The position numbers and the translations under genes are program-made. From the NCBI RefSeq assembly GCF_006345805.1, contig NC_043002.1:77438001-77502000 (forward strand): a DNA stretch of 64,000 bases, written 5' to 3'. The notes under the pieces are model-generated. The model searched no databases and had not been told where the DNA came from. It worked only from the letters and a program-made list of their open reading frames with translations. The DNA is from Octopus sinensis (lineage: Eukaryota). How positions within the stretch are numbered: position 1 is the first letter of the stretch; each line of letters begins with the position of its first letter. Below are positions 42,641-56,749 of the stretch, piece by piece.

Positions 42641-42871
42641 TGGCACCAGCATGATTATGCTTATAGAAATATTAAGTAAATACACATCAACCATCATCTT
42701 CATCATAATAATATCATGTTTGCTTTTCCATGCTGGCATAGGTTGGATGGGTTGTCATTGTTCTCTTTCGTGAGTTAGAGGAGTACATCTCACTCATAAG
42801 CTGTTTTGCTGTTTTCAGTTGGTTTGAACAAGTGCATACTTTTCCTAGTACCACTTTATATGGTTTATTGG

Positions 42872-42887
42872 TGTGTATATATAAGCA

Positions 42888-42940
<53 letters not shown>

Positions 42941-43553
42941 ATATATATATTCATATATAATTATATATATATTATATATATAAATATATATATACACACA
43001 TACATATATATATTCAATATAATTATATATATATATAATATATATATATATACACACATACATATATATATTCATATATAATTATATATATATATATATA
43101 AAATATATGCTCTTAGGAGCATAGTTCGATTTGGTTTTGCTCCGCCTCTGTTCTGTTTTTGTTTCTCTAACGGATTTCCTTTTTTCTTCCTGAAGAGAAA
43201 GACACAATATGGTCCCATTATTCAATCGGATTTTGGTAATTTGTGCCTTTCGAAACACGTGTAGAATGAAATAAAACGATTCTGTTCAATCTGCGTTCAG
43301 CTCCATTTCTTCAATTCACCAATAATGTTTAATTTCAATTATCCGCACCAACGCACGGTTGCAACGCCAGATGGTTGTACCTCCAACCGTGCTGTTTACT
43401 GCTGTGATTTTTGCTACTAAGGTATCGGTTAACTTTTGATTAATCTACAACAAGATTATTCATCTTTCTATTTCATATAAATATATATATATATATACAC
43501 ACATACATATATATATCATATATATATATATATAAATATATATACACATATAA

Positions 43554-43588
<35 letters not shown>

Positions 43589-43619
43589 AATATATATACA
43601 CATAAAATATATATTCATA

Positions 43620-43651
<32 letters not shown>

Positions 43652-43961
43652 AATATATATATATCACATATAAATATATATTCATATATAATTATATATT
43701 CATATAATTATATATTATATATATAATATTATATATATACACATATACATATATATATTCATATATAATTATATTATATATATATAAATATATATATATA
43801 CACATATAATATATATTCATATATAATTATATATTCATATATAATATATATATATATAATTATATATATATACACATATACATATATATATTCATATATA
43901 ATTATATATATATATATAAATATATATATTATACACATATAAATATATATTCATATATAAT

Positions 43962-44001
<40 letters not shown>

Positions 44002-44629
44002 TATATTACACATATACATATATATTCATATATAATTATATATTATATATAAATATATATATATACACATATAAATATATATTCATATATAATTATATTA
44101 TATATAAATATATATATTATATAATATATATAATATATATATACACATATACATATATATATTCATATATAATTATATATATATATATAATATATATAAT
44201 TATATATATATACACATATAAATATATATTCATATATAATTATATATTCATATATAATTATATATATATATAAATATATATATATCACATATACATATAT
44301 ATATTCATATATAATTATATATATATATAAATATATATAAATATATACACATATACATATATATATTCATATATAATTATATATATATACACATATACAT
44401 ATATATATTCATATATAATTATATATATATATAAATATATATATAATATATATATATACACATATACATATATATATTCATATATAATTATATATATATA
44501 TAAATATATATAAATATATATAATTATATATATATATATAATTATATATATATATATATAATTATATATATATATTATATATATAAATATATATAATTAT
44601 ATATATATATAATATATATAAATATATAT

Positions 44630-44661
<32 letters not shown>

Positions 44662-44836
44662 AATATAATATATATATATAATATATAATTATATATATAT
44701 ATATAATTATATATATATATATATATATAATTATATATATATAATTATATAATTATATATATATATATATATAATTATTATATATATAATTATATAATTA
44801 TATATATATTAATTATATATATATATATATAATAAT

Positions 44837-44879
<43 letters not shown>

Positions 44880-44896
44880 TATATGAATATATATAT

Positions 44897-44930
<34 letters not shown>

Positions 44931-44950
44931 GCATGCTTATATATACATAT
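42872..44950. repeat. ~2-kb TA-rich mini/microsatellite block with inverted ends around a 370-bp unique insert
   Basis: Directly visible; ~42872-42970 is mirrored by ~44865-44950. Confidence 0.9.
43184..43270 (+). ncRNA. Type-I hammerhead ribozyme motif (Penelope-type, palindromic stem III)
   Basis: ttcttc-CTGAAGA-GAAAGACACAA...TTGTGCCTTTC-GAAA-CACGT-GTA-gaatgaa. Intact core, 11-position stem II with one mismatch, ACACGTGT stem III, GUA site, stem I with one bulge. Confidence 0.8.
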
Positions 44951-45119
44951 ATAAGTATATATATACATAGGTGCAGTTGTAGCAGGGAAGTAAGAAGCTT
45001 GCTTCCAAACTACATGGTTCCAAGTTCAGTCCCACTGCATGCCACCTTGGGCAGGTGTCTTTTACTGTAGCCTCAGACCAACCAAAGCCTTGTGAGTGGA
45101 TTTGGAAGACAGAAACATC

Positions 45120-45135
<16 letters not shown>
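44950..45135 (-). mobile_element. SINE family A 5' half
   Basis: Reverse complement of the family A head. Confidence 0.75.
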
Positions 45136-45189
<54 letters not shown>

Positions 45190-46849
45190 TAAGGCAGAAT
45201 ATTAACAAGATACAAAAACTATTTCTTCTGACTGACGTCAATCCAATGTCATACCTTTTCACAAAAAGACTACATCAGATCCTTAACCAATATTGAATAC
45301 ATCAATCATTTCTAACATGGGCTGAACATAGTGCTGCTAAAATATATCAGGAACCACTGGATGTTAATAATATGTATAGTAGTGACAATTGGCTTCCTAG
45401 AACGTGACTACCCATATCAGTTCAATAATATGTTTGTGTTAATCATTTATGTGGCATTCACAAACAGATTACAGATCCTGTTAACTCTGAAGCAGAACAC
45501 CCTAGCAAAATAATGAAGGCAATAGGTGTCAATGGTGAAAGCACTGTTATTGTGTCATTTTATTTTCTGTAAAAAATGAAAGGGTGTTGTTTCAGTTTTT
45601 TAACGACAAAAATGTAATTACAAATGCAAAACAAATTTGAAAACATTGTGAGAAGGTGACAGAGTACAATATTTAAACTTCCACTGACATTATTTTCATT
45701 TATAGAAAGTGAAAGAGTACTATGTGCTTTTGTTATTGAGTGCACATTGCTTTCATTGTGTTACTGAAATTTTGCAATAGAAGCCTCCTGTTTCATAAAA
45801 ATCACTATTTTTATAACTTTTCTATTATTTGCTTTTAAATTTAAAAAAAAAATGTTATTGTTGTTGTTGGTCTGTTGTTTCAGTCAGAAGTACCATAAAA
45901 TGTCCTCGATGCCCTGTTGCCAGTTTTGATCTTTGTCACAGACCTTCAAAACATAAATAGTTTATTCTCTGTTTTATCTGTTTATCCATTGAAATTTAAT
46001 GTCATTTATTTTTGTGGTTGAAATAAATTAACTGAATTGAAATTGATATGTACTTAAACAGAGTTAACCAATTTAAATATCTCGGCAGCATAATCACTAC
46101 CAATGTATATTTTTAACTTAAGCATTATCTCAACTGGTGTGCTTTTCTTCTCTTTTTGCTTTTTATCTAAATGATGAAAGAAATAATCGTATTGTTAGAC
46201 TGGAGATTTTAAATGTTTTAGCAATTTTATTCTAAAACATTAATTTTTGTGTAGCTTCTTCCATCTTTACCACAAACTCGGTATCTCATCAGAATGAAGC
46301 AGTGAAGCATTAACAACTCACTGGAGAGAGAGAGATAGATAGAGAGAGATAGAGAGAGAGAGAGAGTATGTGTACATGCATGTGAACACATTATGGTATC
46401 AATCACTCCTTGATTTAATTTTATATATAGTTAAAAATTGAGTCTCTATAGTGGGCATCTTTCTCATCCTGAGCATTTAATCTTCGGAGAAGACGGAGAT
46501 ACTATCGGATTTTAATCCAAATCAGTGGGAGTATTAATGAGTTGATGACGTCACCACTGTCACATTCGCCAACCCACACCCTCACAGACATAAGCCCCAT
46601 GAATTATAACTGTGGTGTTTAACTCATTATCATTATAAATATCACATTATGTTTAAAAGTTTTCAATTAAAGTGTTAGATGACACACTCCCACAGAGGTT
46701 TTTCTCTGTTGTTAGGTTATTGAATAATAGATGGGCAGATGTTATGACTGTTGAGTACATACATCATAAACTCTTTTCATTTATCACAAGAGCAAAGAAC
46801 GAAGATTTGCTATAATAATTCCTGTCCCAGCTGTAAAAATGTTATAATC

Positions 46850-47700
46850 ATTTTCATTTCAGTCATCTATAATTAAAGCAAAAAAACATTTAATTTCAAA
46901 GTTATTTCTTGGTTCAATATTTGCAATTCTATAAAGTGCACTGACAGCTACATAAAGTTTTCAGTTTGTAAGAAATGTTGCAAGATTGTGAAGGTAATTT
47001 CAATCCCCATTAGTTTGTTTTCCATTCTTCAACATAATCCTGCATTATTTATAATCAAACATGAAAGAAACAGATTTTTTGATCAGTAACCAATTTAAAT
47101 GTTTACTAATCAAATAATGAAACCATCTCATAGCTTCAACTATGGTCAAAGCCTCTTTTTCAATTGCAAGATGTTTCTTTTCAAATTTTGTTAAGGTGAA
47201 AACAAAATTTTTTTTTTAAATTAACCAACAGATATCTCATCTTATGATAAAAATAGCACTAAAATAACATTAGAAACATCAGCTTCAGCAACAAATGTTT
47301 GTCAACAGACACAAGAACAGCAGGTGCAAGTGAACAAGTGAATTTTGCAATGAATTAAAAACATTTAATTCACATCCAGGAAAAGGAAACTTACTGACAT
47401 GAGTTAATATTTTAATCTTATCTAAATACATTTCAATTCATATCAAGCAATAAGCAAATAAAGCACTAGTATATTTAAGTTCTGATATCTTTCCAAGAAC
47501 ATACAACTTTGTCAGTGAGATCAGATGCTCTGGATCTGGTTTAAAACATTCGTAGTTGATCTTGTAACCTAACAGAGTTCTGACCTTGAACAACATCTGA
47601 GTCAGTTTAATACTTTGTTCAGTGATTGTGAACTGTGGCTACCACACTGAGTTATTTTGATTTTTTCTTTCTAATTTTTTTTTTTTTTTGAAAGCATTTA
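46850..47700 (-). mobile_element. Gypsy LTR-retrotransposon pol fragment (RT/RNase H)
   Basis: LTKFEKKHLAIEKEALTIVEAMRWFHYLI followed, after a frameshift, by FKLVTDQK.SVSFMFD. Confidence 0.8.
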
Positions 47701-47949
47701 ATTTACTTTAACACTTCCTAAGCTGAACTTACAGCAAACAACAGTGGCACTGTGGTCACATGGTAGTTTCAATCAAATATTTCAGCAACTCCTCAGTTCC
47801 CTAGTCAATTGCAAAATTACCTTCCAACCCTATATGCTACTACTAATGATCTCCACTACCATATGCTTACACCTCTTCCCCTTCACAGTCACCAACTTCA
47901 TGGCCTGTACAGCTGATACCCCCAGCATCTATTTCTTATCCAGAATCCA

Positions 47950-48450
47950 TGAGCCCATCATTTCCATTTGCAACAACACTCCAGGTATCTCTACTAATTC
48001 TTTCCACCCTTGATGACAGCCTTTCTTTCACACGTCCCCAACACCAACCACATCTTCCACCTTTTCAGCTTGCTCTCCTTCCCTCTCGACTCCATTACAT
48101 CATGGAAACAAAATTTGTCATTTCTTACAAGTTTCTTGATCACTGCACTACTCTCATCCACCTCACCAAAAACCAGTTCTCCTTTTCCAATAAGACCTGG
48201 CAACAGGTCACTTGAGTGGCCATAGGAACCGGGATATGCTCCAGTTTTGCCAGATTGTTTGCTGATCACATAGAGGCCTAATTTCTCACACAATTCACCC
48301 CTCTATATGACTATCCCTTTTACCCATGAACAACTCAATTCATTCATCACTATTATCAATTCTTTCCACCCTGCCTTAGACTTCACATCCACCATTTTTA
48401 GCTCCATTCTCCATGTTCCTGCTCTTTCTCTTTCTTAACTACATTTTAGA
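47950..48450 (-). mobile_element. RTE LINE endonuclease fragment
   Basis: Degenerate GDFNGHVG...GY.G.HG-like segment in and around ORF 47994-48293. Confidence 0.5.
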
Positions 48451-49854
48451 CCAGAACTGCAGGATAGCAGTTTGGAAAATGATGCAGATAATGTTTACAT
48501 AGTGAATAGGAGTTGAAGGGTTAAATCTAGTTAACCTAGTTTCAGAAACATTTTGTGATTGAAAAATTGTCAAGCAAAATCATTCCAGAATAAAAGTAAA
48601 AAACAGAATATTCAGAATAACTACTGCAATGTTAAGTGATCCCATAAGCAGGTCAAATCTGTACTAACTTTGGGAAGCAACATTCTTTGCAATTGAGATT
48701 TTATTGTTTTGATTGAAGTACTTAAGAGGCAAATCATTAGTGATTAACTGTTCATAACAATGTCCATTGCAGCATTACTGTTAAAGGCAATCACCTGAAG
48801 CTTGAGGCATGACGGCTTTGGCTATTCACACAAGGAATATATATAAACCTTAAATATGTGGAGATAAAATTTTTTGAAAAGAACAGGTTCCATTTTTTTA
48901 GATCCCTGAACTTGCGTACACAAATATTACAACATTAAGGGTACTGGATTACTGCTTATCATGGCAGATTCCTTTTTGAGGCGGTCAAACATTATGTTTC
49001 TGATAGGAATAGTTCAGCCATAAAACAGGTATTACATATAATTTTCTCTTGGAGTGGTGAAACAAAAATATTGGTGTAGGACTATGTACCCAAATTTCAT
49101 GAGGATCACTGTTCTTAGCTACATTTCTTTAAAAAAACATCCTCATATTACTTACACTCACAAGGAATTACAGAATGAATGGTTCAATCAGTTGAAATTA
49201 CAGTTAAAGGCATTCTTCCCACATACAGAAAATACTAAACTATTTTTACCTTGACTAATGCTAAGCTATCATACTATACCTCATTGTACCAGATTAAAAA
49301 ATTATTCTGTAACAAAGGGACATCAGATACATCTTTCCTTATTCCATAGATGAGCAAATATAATATTTAAAAAAAACAACAAACAATGGTTGAACAATGA
49401 AAATTAGAAACTTTGTGATGCAAGTGGTAAACAGCACTTCTATCATTACCAGGAACGTAATGGAGATTTTGGCTCATGTAGGTCAGATCAAACTTAAACA
49501 TGAACAACTTGAAACCAGTGAGGATGATGAAAATAGTGCCTTTCCTAATTTGAAAAGCACTTGTATTGATAGTAACATGTGACAATAGATTAAAATGTGC
49601 AGTGAAAAGTCCTTAGAAAAACTATGATATTCAATCTTCCTGGAATATTAAGTGCATTACGATTCAAGAAGATATGAAAATAATGGTATTTTATAGTAGG
49701 AAACAAAACAGTTGCTATGAATAAACTTGTGAATTATTCATTGCTATGTCTGAGTTCTCATCCTAATGAATTATTTGTCTTCATAGAGTGGTTCTGTCTA
49801 CATATGCAAAAGAACATTTAAAATTATTTTTTGTACTCTGCAATTTCATCACAG

Positions 49855-49956
49855 ACTCACTGGAACACAGACACTCCACAAATATTTCTCCCAGCTCATA
49901 AGACATACTTTTCCAGATCCCCATCTAAGTCCAGGCCCCACTAGAACCCCGACCAG
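49855..49956 (+). CDS. Candidate coding exon of an unknown plus-strand gene (LTGTQTLHKYFSQLIRHTFPDPHLSPGPTRTPT)
   Basis: Good acceptor (tttttgtactctgcaatttcatcacag), CAG|GTAATA donor, 102 nt open in phase 2-2. The minus strand also offers a splice pair (49861-49967), so the call is ambiguous. Confidence 0.28.
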
Positions 49957-50499
49957 GTAATATAAGCCTACAATTACAATTCACATGTAATACATACATC
50001 TCAGTTCGATGATTACCAAATTTATTAATTTTGCAATCCATTGCTGGTAATTAGTAAGAAGTTTACAGTTTTACCATCACCATTAGTAGAATGCCATTTT
50101 TGATTGGTTTGTTGTGAACTGACAATGATGATACCTCCTATGGGTGTCCAATAAAACCATCAAAAATAACAAGGCAAAGACTGTGAATATAATAACTGTA
50201 GGGGCATATATTCTTTGGTGTGATAGGTGTGTGCTGCACACACATCAAAAATGGCAAATTCATTATTAATTTAATTGCAAATCTTAATGGAAAACTTTTG
50301 CTATACTCCTGCTTGAAATTTGGTGGCATTAGGTGTGGTAGCACACCCAATACAACAGCCACCATATGCCATTGAATAACTGGGCATGAAAAGTCCTCAA
50401 TCGTGTTACTCTGACCTGAAACACAGATGACACAAAGATCCAACCTTTGAGAAGCCACTAAGAGGAAGAGATCAAACAAAAATTTGAAAATTATCCATA

Positions 50500-50780
50500 T
50501 TTATCATGACAATGTGGGCGACACAAATCTTTGGCAATAAATCAGTTGTTTGACAAATTGGTCAGTGTACCCCATCCACCGTATAGCCTGGATTTGGTGT
50601 CCTCCGACTTCTACTTGTGTGGTTCCAATGATGGACAATCTTCAGAATCAACAATTTGAAAACAGAGACAAGATGAAAGTAGCTGTTTCAAAGACAGTAC
50701 AACAGTGCACATTTAAATTTTTTCAAAGAGGATATGAAAGTTAACTTCAACAATGGTGCAAATGCATCACTTGTGAAAGA
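50500..50780 (+). mobile_element. Mariner C-terminal remnant
   Basis: HDN... and PHPPYSLDLVSSDFY across frames. Confidence 0.65.
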
Positions 50781-53700
50781 GACTCGTATAAAGGAAGGTT
50801 TACTCAACTTACATGTGCAGTTTGAATGACCTATGTCAGTTATAAAAAGAGTTATGCCCACTTTGCATTGCCTTCAACCTTAGTTTTTTTGTTTTAAATT
50901 AAATACTTTTATAAAATAAACCTTTGATAGTATATGTTCATAAATCATCCAAAATCTTTTATCGCAAGTGTATGCTTTACAAATTATAGGATGCGAGTTG
51001 TAATGTCTTATTAGCCAAGAAATATAGCATAGTCAACCTTTCCAGTTTATTTGCCACATCGCTCATACAGGTGAGTAGTAAAGCATCGAGTAAGGTATAT
51101 CATCCATTCGTAATTTTAGATAAGTTGCAATGCATTGAATGTTGTATGCAAACTATGAATGAACTGAAATTTCTTTCTTGGTTGGTGAAGGAAAATGAAA
51201 ACCTCACAGCACCAGTTAGCAACTTTTCAAATGAGATGGAATTTGAATTCGGATGAAATTGGATATTCAAGCTTACAATAAGAGGAAATAATTTCTTTTA
51301 GTAAGCAAAATGACAGCTTCACAAACATGTTTTGTTTATATTAGATCTCAAGAGCGAAATATAGCCTTCTTAATCTTGCTTCAATCACCCTATACATTCT
51401 TTGCAATCAGAAAAAGACTAAAGTGGACTTTTAGCCAACATAAGTTGAGTGAGCTTAGAGAAATAATTCAAATGGATCAATGATAAATTTAGATAATTCA
51501 AGTAGGTTATAATGTACTTAAAATATACTATATATATTGATAGGACACATAATCTGTTACAGGATGACGCACTCCGATTACCATTTTAACTGGAATGAAG
51601 TGTGTCTCTGACTCTTGTATTATTACAAGTTCTTGGTTCCATGAGTGGAAAGAAATACAAGAAAATGAGTTTTCAATGAATTGCAACACTTCATTCATTC
51701 GCTAAATGAACTTGTACAGCAAACCAGTTGGATACATCATGAAAATAACAGTCCATAGAAAACATACGTCTGTTCTCAGCTCAGTTGAAACTTGGTTATA
51801 AGTGCTTTTCAAACAGGAACAAAATCACATGACATAACTTCCTGGCAGTCTCTCCCCTCTCTCAGAAAATTCTCACCTCACTGCTGAAAGCAGGCAAAAT
51901 TCTCCTATTTATTGATAGAAAAAGATTCAACAGGCATTTGATTTTGCTGCACTGGTTGGTCTGTTGCACAACGCAATTGGATACAAAAATATATTCTGTA
52001 TAAAACTAGATCAATCCAAGAAATTACTACACCATCACATGGCCGGTTCAAGTGACCAATAGTTAGGGACATGCAGGATGAACCGATTATTTAAGCCTAA
52101 ACAATGCAACATCTTACACCTCGTAATATGTGGCCTCAAGGTCTCCTAGAGAGATTCTCTATTCGATTATATCATCTATGTCATTGGCTAACATTCTTTT
52201 ACTTTCATTTTATTCTGAATGTTCCACCAAATCCTTTAAAAGGACGGCTCATAGTAAATCTAGGTCCATGCAACAATAAATTTCAATGAAACAAGGCAAG
52301 GATTAAATGTTTAAGGTTTTAGATTATTAATTTTTGATACTTGCTTTGTAAAATCTGTCGCCATCACTACTTGAAATGCCCAAATCTCATCACTCTTCTC
52401 ATATTTGAAGACAAGATAAAAATATATTGTTACAAAGTTTCAGAGGCGTGTCATAACAAAATTTTGTTTGTTTGCTCATGAGCAGTGATGCGCGATTTTT
52501 CAGCAGACACGACTTCTAAGAGTGATTTTATAATAATAATAATATTGTTTCACTTTCAGTAGCGTAGTGTAGATTCTAGCCTCCCTGTGCAAGAGACAAA
52601 TTGACCACCCCTTCCTTAAATGTAACATACATTCAACATGTTAGCCTTACCCACCTGTGCCGCTCCACACTGGTGTGCCACGAGATGGCGTTAGGTGTGC
52701 CACAGTGTAACCTGAATACAATTTTTCCACTATATTTTTAGTTCAGGTATGCCGCCAAATTTTGAAAAGTATATAAGTGTACCACAAGGGCAAAAAGGTT
52801 GCGGAGCATTGGTCTTACCCAAAGTGGGTGCCTAAGTGGACTGTACATCCCACGCTATGTCACATTTCGCTTTGCGAATTAATCATGTAGAGCAATGTAG
52901 CTCTTTACAATTTATATCCAGAAGACCAGTGGGGTAGCTAGAGTGTGTGTCACCAGGGCAACCTTTGAGTTTCCGCCCTCCCGGGTTCCTACACCTATAC
53001 ACGCTTATCCAGCAAACCAATAAGTGCCGCCCCCCATAAAAGCGTCACACGAGGCGGACTGCGCCCTACTCTCGCTCCACTAGCTATGCTACTGCTGAAA
53101 ACCTTTCGTACTGATATGCCACGTTTGAGAGGCCAACTGAACATAAGTTTGCCAACGATGAGTTCCAATACCAAAAAATAGTTTTTTTGTGCTTGACACT
53201 TTTGATTTGCTATAGTAACTCAGCATAACCACAAAATTAACATCTTTGTTGTGCATTTTTCTTCGTCACGAAGTGATGGACTTGACTAGTTTCTATCACC
53301 CTGACCTGACAGACGACCTCGTAAAAATTCACATTGGCAATAACAAGTGATTCTTTCAAACAGCGCGCGACAGCATCCAGGAAGTGAACACGTCGTGCAC
53401 TAAATTAGATTCAAAAGCTGCCAGGTCAACCCTTCTGCAGTTGCAATTGTTGACAAGGAGCTTTACACGATCTATTAATGAAAAACTATTTTCGGATTCG
53501 GCTTGTCATCTAGTCAGAAGACGATGGCTTGCACCTGTTGTATGTTAAGCCCTGCAGTAATTCTTATTGAAGATATCTTTAAAAAATGGTTGACGTTGGC
53601 ATTTTTAAAATCTTCAAGAGGTTCCAAGCGAAAAAAACCACAATGTCTTCCGTTAAGGTATCAAACATGCAAAATGAATTATAATAGAAGAAAGAAAGAT

Positions 53701-54169
53701 AATTGCTGATATGGGATGAAACAACAGTTACAACTTAATATGGAAGTCATCATCTTGAACCAATCATTCTGAAATCAATAATTTTTTTAGAAAATCAATA
53801 TGGCACAATGCGGCTTTATGATATTCTTCGGTAATTATATACAATTGTTAACATCAATCTACCCGATAACACCTTTTCAGTTGGGTGAGGCAGAAATAAC
53901 GAAACAACTAAATATACTATGTATAACTAAATAAAATCGCCACAGACATATGAAACCAACAACAATAAAAAACATATTAGTTAAATAATAATGATACGTG
54001 TTTTCAGATATTTGTATTATTTTGATATTAAAAAACGAAGGGTAGGTGCATATCTTCTTTTTTCCGATGTTTTTGTTAGTTTTTTTTTTTTTTTTTTGCA
54101 CAATTTTTCTATTAGAGTTATAATGAAACATAAGTTTATTTAAATAGCTGATTCAGATAGCCAACTCAC

Positions 54170-54360
54170 CTCATTGTTCACTTCACATGTCGCCTTTTGT
54201 CTACTGCTAAATTCAATATCACCGCTGGGAAATGAATGCAACAACAGTCTGAAGCGTTTGAAGTGCTCACAAACGAGAATACGTTTGACATGGCGTCTTT
54301 CATTGCATGTGTATTTAGCGGTGATTGTATGACTTCGCCATGTTTAACTCAAAATGGCGT
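54170..54360 (-). promoter_or_regulatory. Candidate alternative first or internal exon with a cluster of YY1-like motifs
   Basis: GAG|GTGAGT donor at 54169; TTTCCCAG acceptor giving a 55-nt exon (54170-54224, open frame GDIEFSSRQKATCEVNNE); three ATGGCG motifs near 54290, 54336 (minus) and 54354. Confidence 0.35.
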
Positions 54361-54840
54361 CTTATGTAATTGATAAACAAAAACGATTTAGCATTGTGCC
54401 TCACATTGCAGACACGCACGCACATATATTGTATTTGTGTGATGGGGAAGGTTGATAATAATGTTATATATTAGGAAATTATTCATACACACACATTTTA
54501 TTCTTTTACTTGCTGGAGCGCACACACACAACACATACATATATATGTGTTAGACAATAAGTGCAAAAACAAGACAATACGAGACAAATTTTAACAACTG
54601 TTGTATGAGTTTAACGTTTAGAATGAAACGAAATAGTTCTGACGTTTCAAACGTGTGTGTGTAATAAAATAACAATAATAGACTTTTTCCTCAATTTCGA
54701 CGTATGAGGGTCTAACCTTTTGGTTTTTCCTTTTGTGTTGAGTTAGAAACAGCATCTAGCCATAGAAATCAAGCCAAATCAGACTGGAGCTTATAGTACA
54801 GCTCTCCAGCTTACCAGTCCCAATCAAACTGTCTAACAAA

Positions 54841-55256
54841 GAATCTTTTCGGTTTGAACGGCAGTTTTTCTAGCGGTGTCATATGAAATTATCACCCATA
54901 ATTATGACCCTAGTATCAATCCATTGCATTTCAATCTGTTTTGGGGTTAAGGTTAGGGGTAGGGGAAAGGGTATCTTTTTTTCTTCAGAAATCTAAATAA
55001 ACCCAATCTATTTCTTAAACGAGGGACATATTCATACGGCACAGAATGTTTTCACCTCAAAAGACGTCATTGATTGGTTGAAATTGCAGAAATTGAAGGA
55101 AAAAACAACAAATAACTTACAAACTATTGAATTTTCTCAATAAAGCCAAGAGAAAAAGATGTTTTATAAACACATACTACCAGTATATGAAGTTTAAAAG
55201 TGTTTAGTTACGTGGAAATTATTTTTAAAAAACTGCCGTTCAAACCGAAAAGATTC
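54841..55256. mobile_element. MITE with 29-bp TIRs and 9-bp TSD (Mutator-like)
   Basis: gaatcttttcggtttgaacggcagttttt / aaaaactgccgttcaaaccgaaaagattc; TSD tctaacaaa at 54832-54840 and 55257-55265. Confidence 0.88.
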
Positions 55257-55345
55257 TCTAACAAATGCCATCCTGGAAAATAGATGCTAAATGATGATGA
55301 TGATATACATACATATATGTGTATGTGTACGTCTTTAATGAGATT

Positions 55346-55673
55346 TTAACACATAAAACGCGACGGGCCACGCTCATGGCCGTCAGGCACAGGTCGACAG
55401 GCCACGATCGTGGCCCAGATAGATGCATTTAGTTTATGGGCGTTTGTTGGGGGTCTAATGTCACTTAAACGCTCCGATACCCCCAGAATGCAAAAGGATT
55501 AATAGTTTAACTAATGACTTTTCAGATTATGTAAAGCTTACCACCATTATATACTAAAATATTTTAACAATTTTTTTGCTTTTTTTTTATGTGTGCATGG
55601 TAGTCTCATTTTCATAAAATGTACTCAGCAGTCCATGCTATGTAAGTGCAAATCCCAGCGCTTTATGGGTTAA
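55346..55673. mobile_element. piggyBac-like MITE, different family
   Basis: TTAA-cacataaaacgc...gcgctttatggg-TTAA. Confidence 0.5.
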
Positions 55674-56243
55674 GTTATTGACTTACAGACAAGTCCATTG
55701 ACTGAACATAAAAAGTGATTGCTATTCAAAGTAGATGGCATATTCGTTTGAATTTTTGTTTTACTCTCAGTTCTTTAAGATGATCCAGATTGTTCAATTC
55801 ATAGTGCCTTACGGTTTCATTGCACGTTAACCCCCCCCCCCATTCATCGAATCGCATTCATAACAATAAAATATATGAGTTTCTGAACAACCCTGTAGAT
55901 GTATACAAATGTAAAATAAAAATTATAAAATACGCTTATATCAGTGAAATACATAAACAATTTTACTGGGTTTATTATTATTCAGGTTTATTATTCACGA
56001 AAGTGCTCGAGTAATGATTAAAAGAAATATAAACAGGCTATGACATAAAATCTGAGTGAAATCAATAAATAGATATATCAAATTCAAAATATTCTACATA
56101 AATCAAATATGGAATATCATATAACCAAATGCGCCTGTCGTACAAACTCATTTCATTGGTTATTCAAATCACCTGCTCTCTCACTCTCTCTCTCACTCTC
56201 ACACACATACATATATACATGTGTATATATACACACACACACA

Positions 56244-56340
56244 CGGCAAATAAGAAAATGGAGAGGGTACAGAAACGACATACATCAGCCGGTAGACATT
56301 CTAGTATGTCTATTTATTCCAATGTATTAGAAGAATACAT
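56244..56340 (+). mobile_element. Inverted copy of the mariner 5' coding end
   Basis: Reverse complement of ~57620-57715 (NKKMERVQKRHTS). Confidence 0.75.
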
Positions 56341-56344
56341 ACAC

Positions 56345-56498
56345 ATGTAATAACTATGTATTACATACACATGTACTAATATTACAGAAAAGAGCAAAAG
56401 ATCAGATTGTCAGTAGGAACTAGTACCTACTGACAATCTGATCTTTTGCTCTTTTCTGTAATATTAGTACATGTGTATGTAATACATGGTTATTACAT
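56345..56498. repeat. Near-perfect hairpin (73-bp arms, 8-nt loop)
   Basis: atgtaataac...gtcagtagg-aactagta-cctactgac...ttattacat; one mismatch. Confidence 0.93.
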
Positions 56499-56749
56499 AA
56501 TCATCATCATCGTCGTTTAACGTCCGCTCTATATGCTGGCATAGCTTGGACGTTTTTGACTGAGGACTGGCGAGCCAGAAGGCTGCACCAGGCTCCAATC
56601 TGATCTAGCAAAGTTTCTACAGCTGGATGCCCTTCCTAACGCCAACCACTCCGAGAGTGTAGTGGGTGCTTTTACATGCCATGAGCACGAGGGCCAGTCA
56701 GGTGGTACAGGCAACGACCATGCTCAAAGGTCCAAATTTTGAATAAAGA

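Noticed and set aside
45894-45943. 50-nt minus-strand exon candidate (SVTKIKTGNRASRTFY), also 17150-17245
   Set aside because: Phase-compatible, but the donor is weak and similarity to ODF2 is not convincing without alignment or RNA data.
50990-51256. Plus-strand exon ending CAG|GTGAGT at 51070
   Set aside because: The frame reads through the donor into a longer, stop-riddled region that looks like decayed transposon sequence; unsupported.
54625-54705. Minus-strand GAAACGTC with upstream TTGAGGA
   Set aside because: Stems I and II do not form; treated as chance or decayed.
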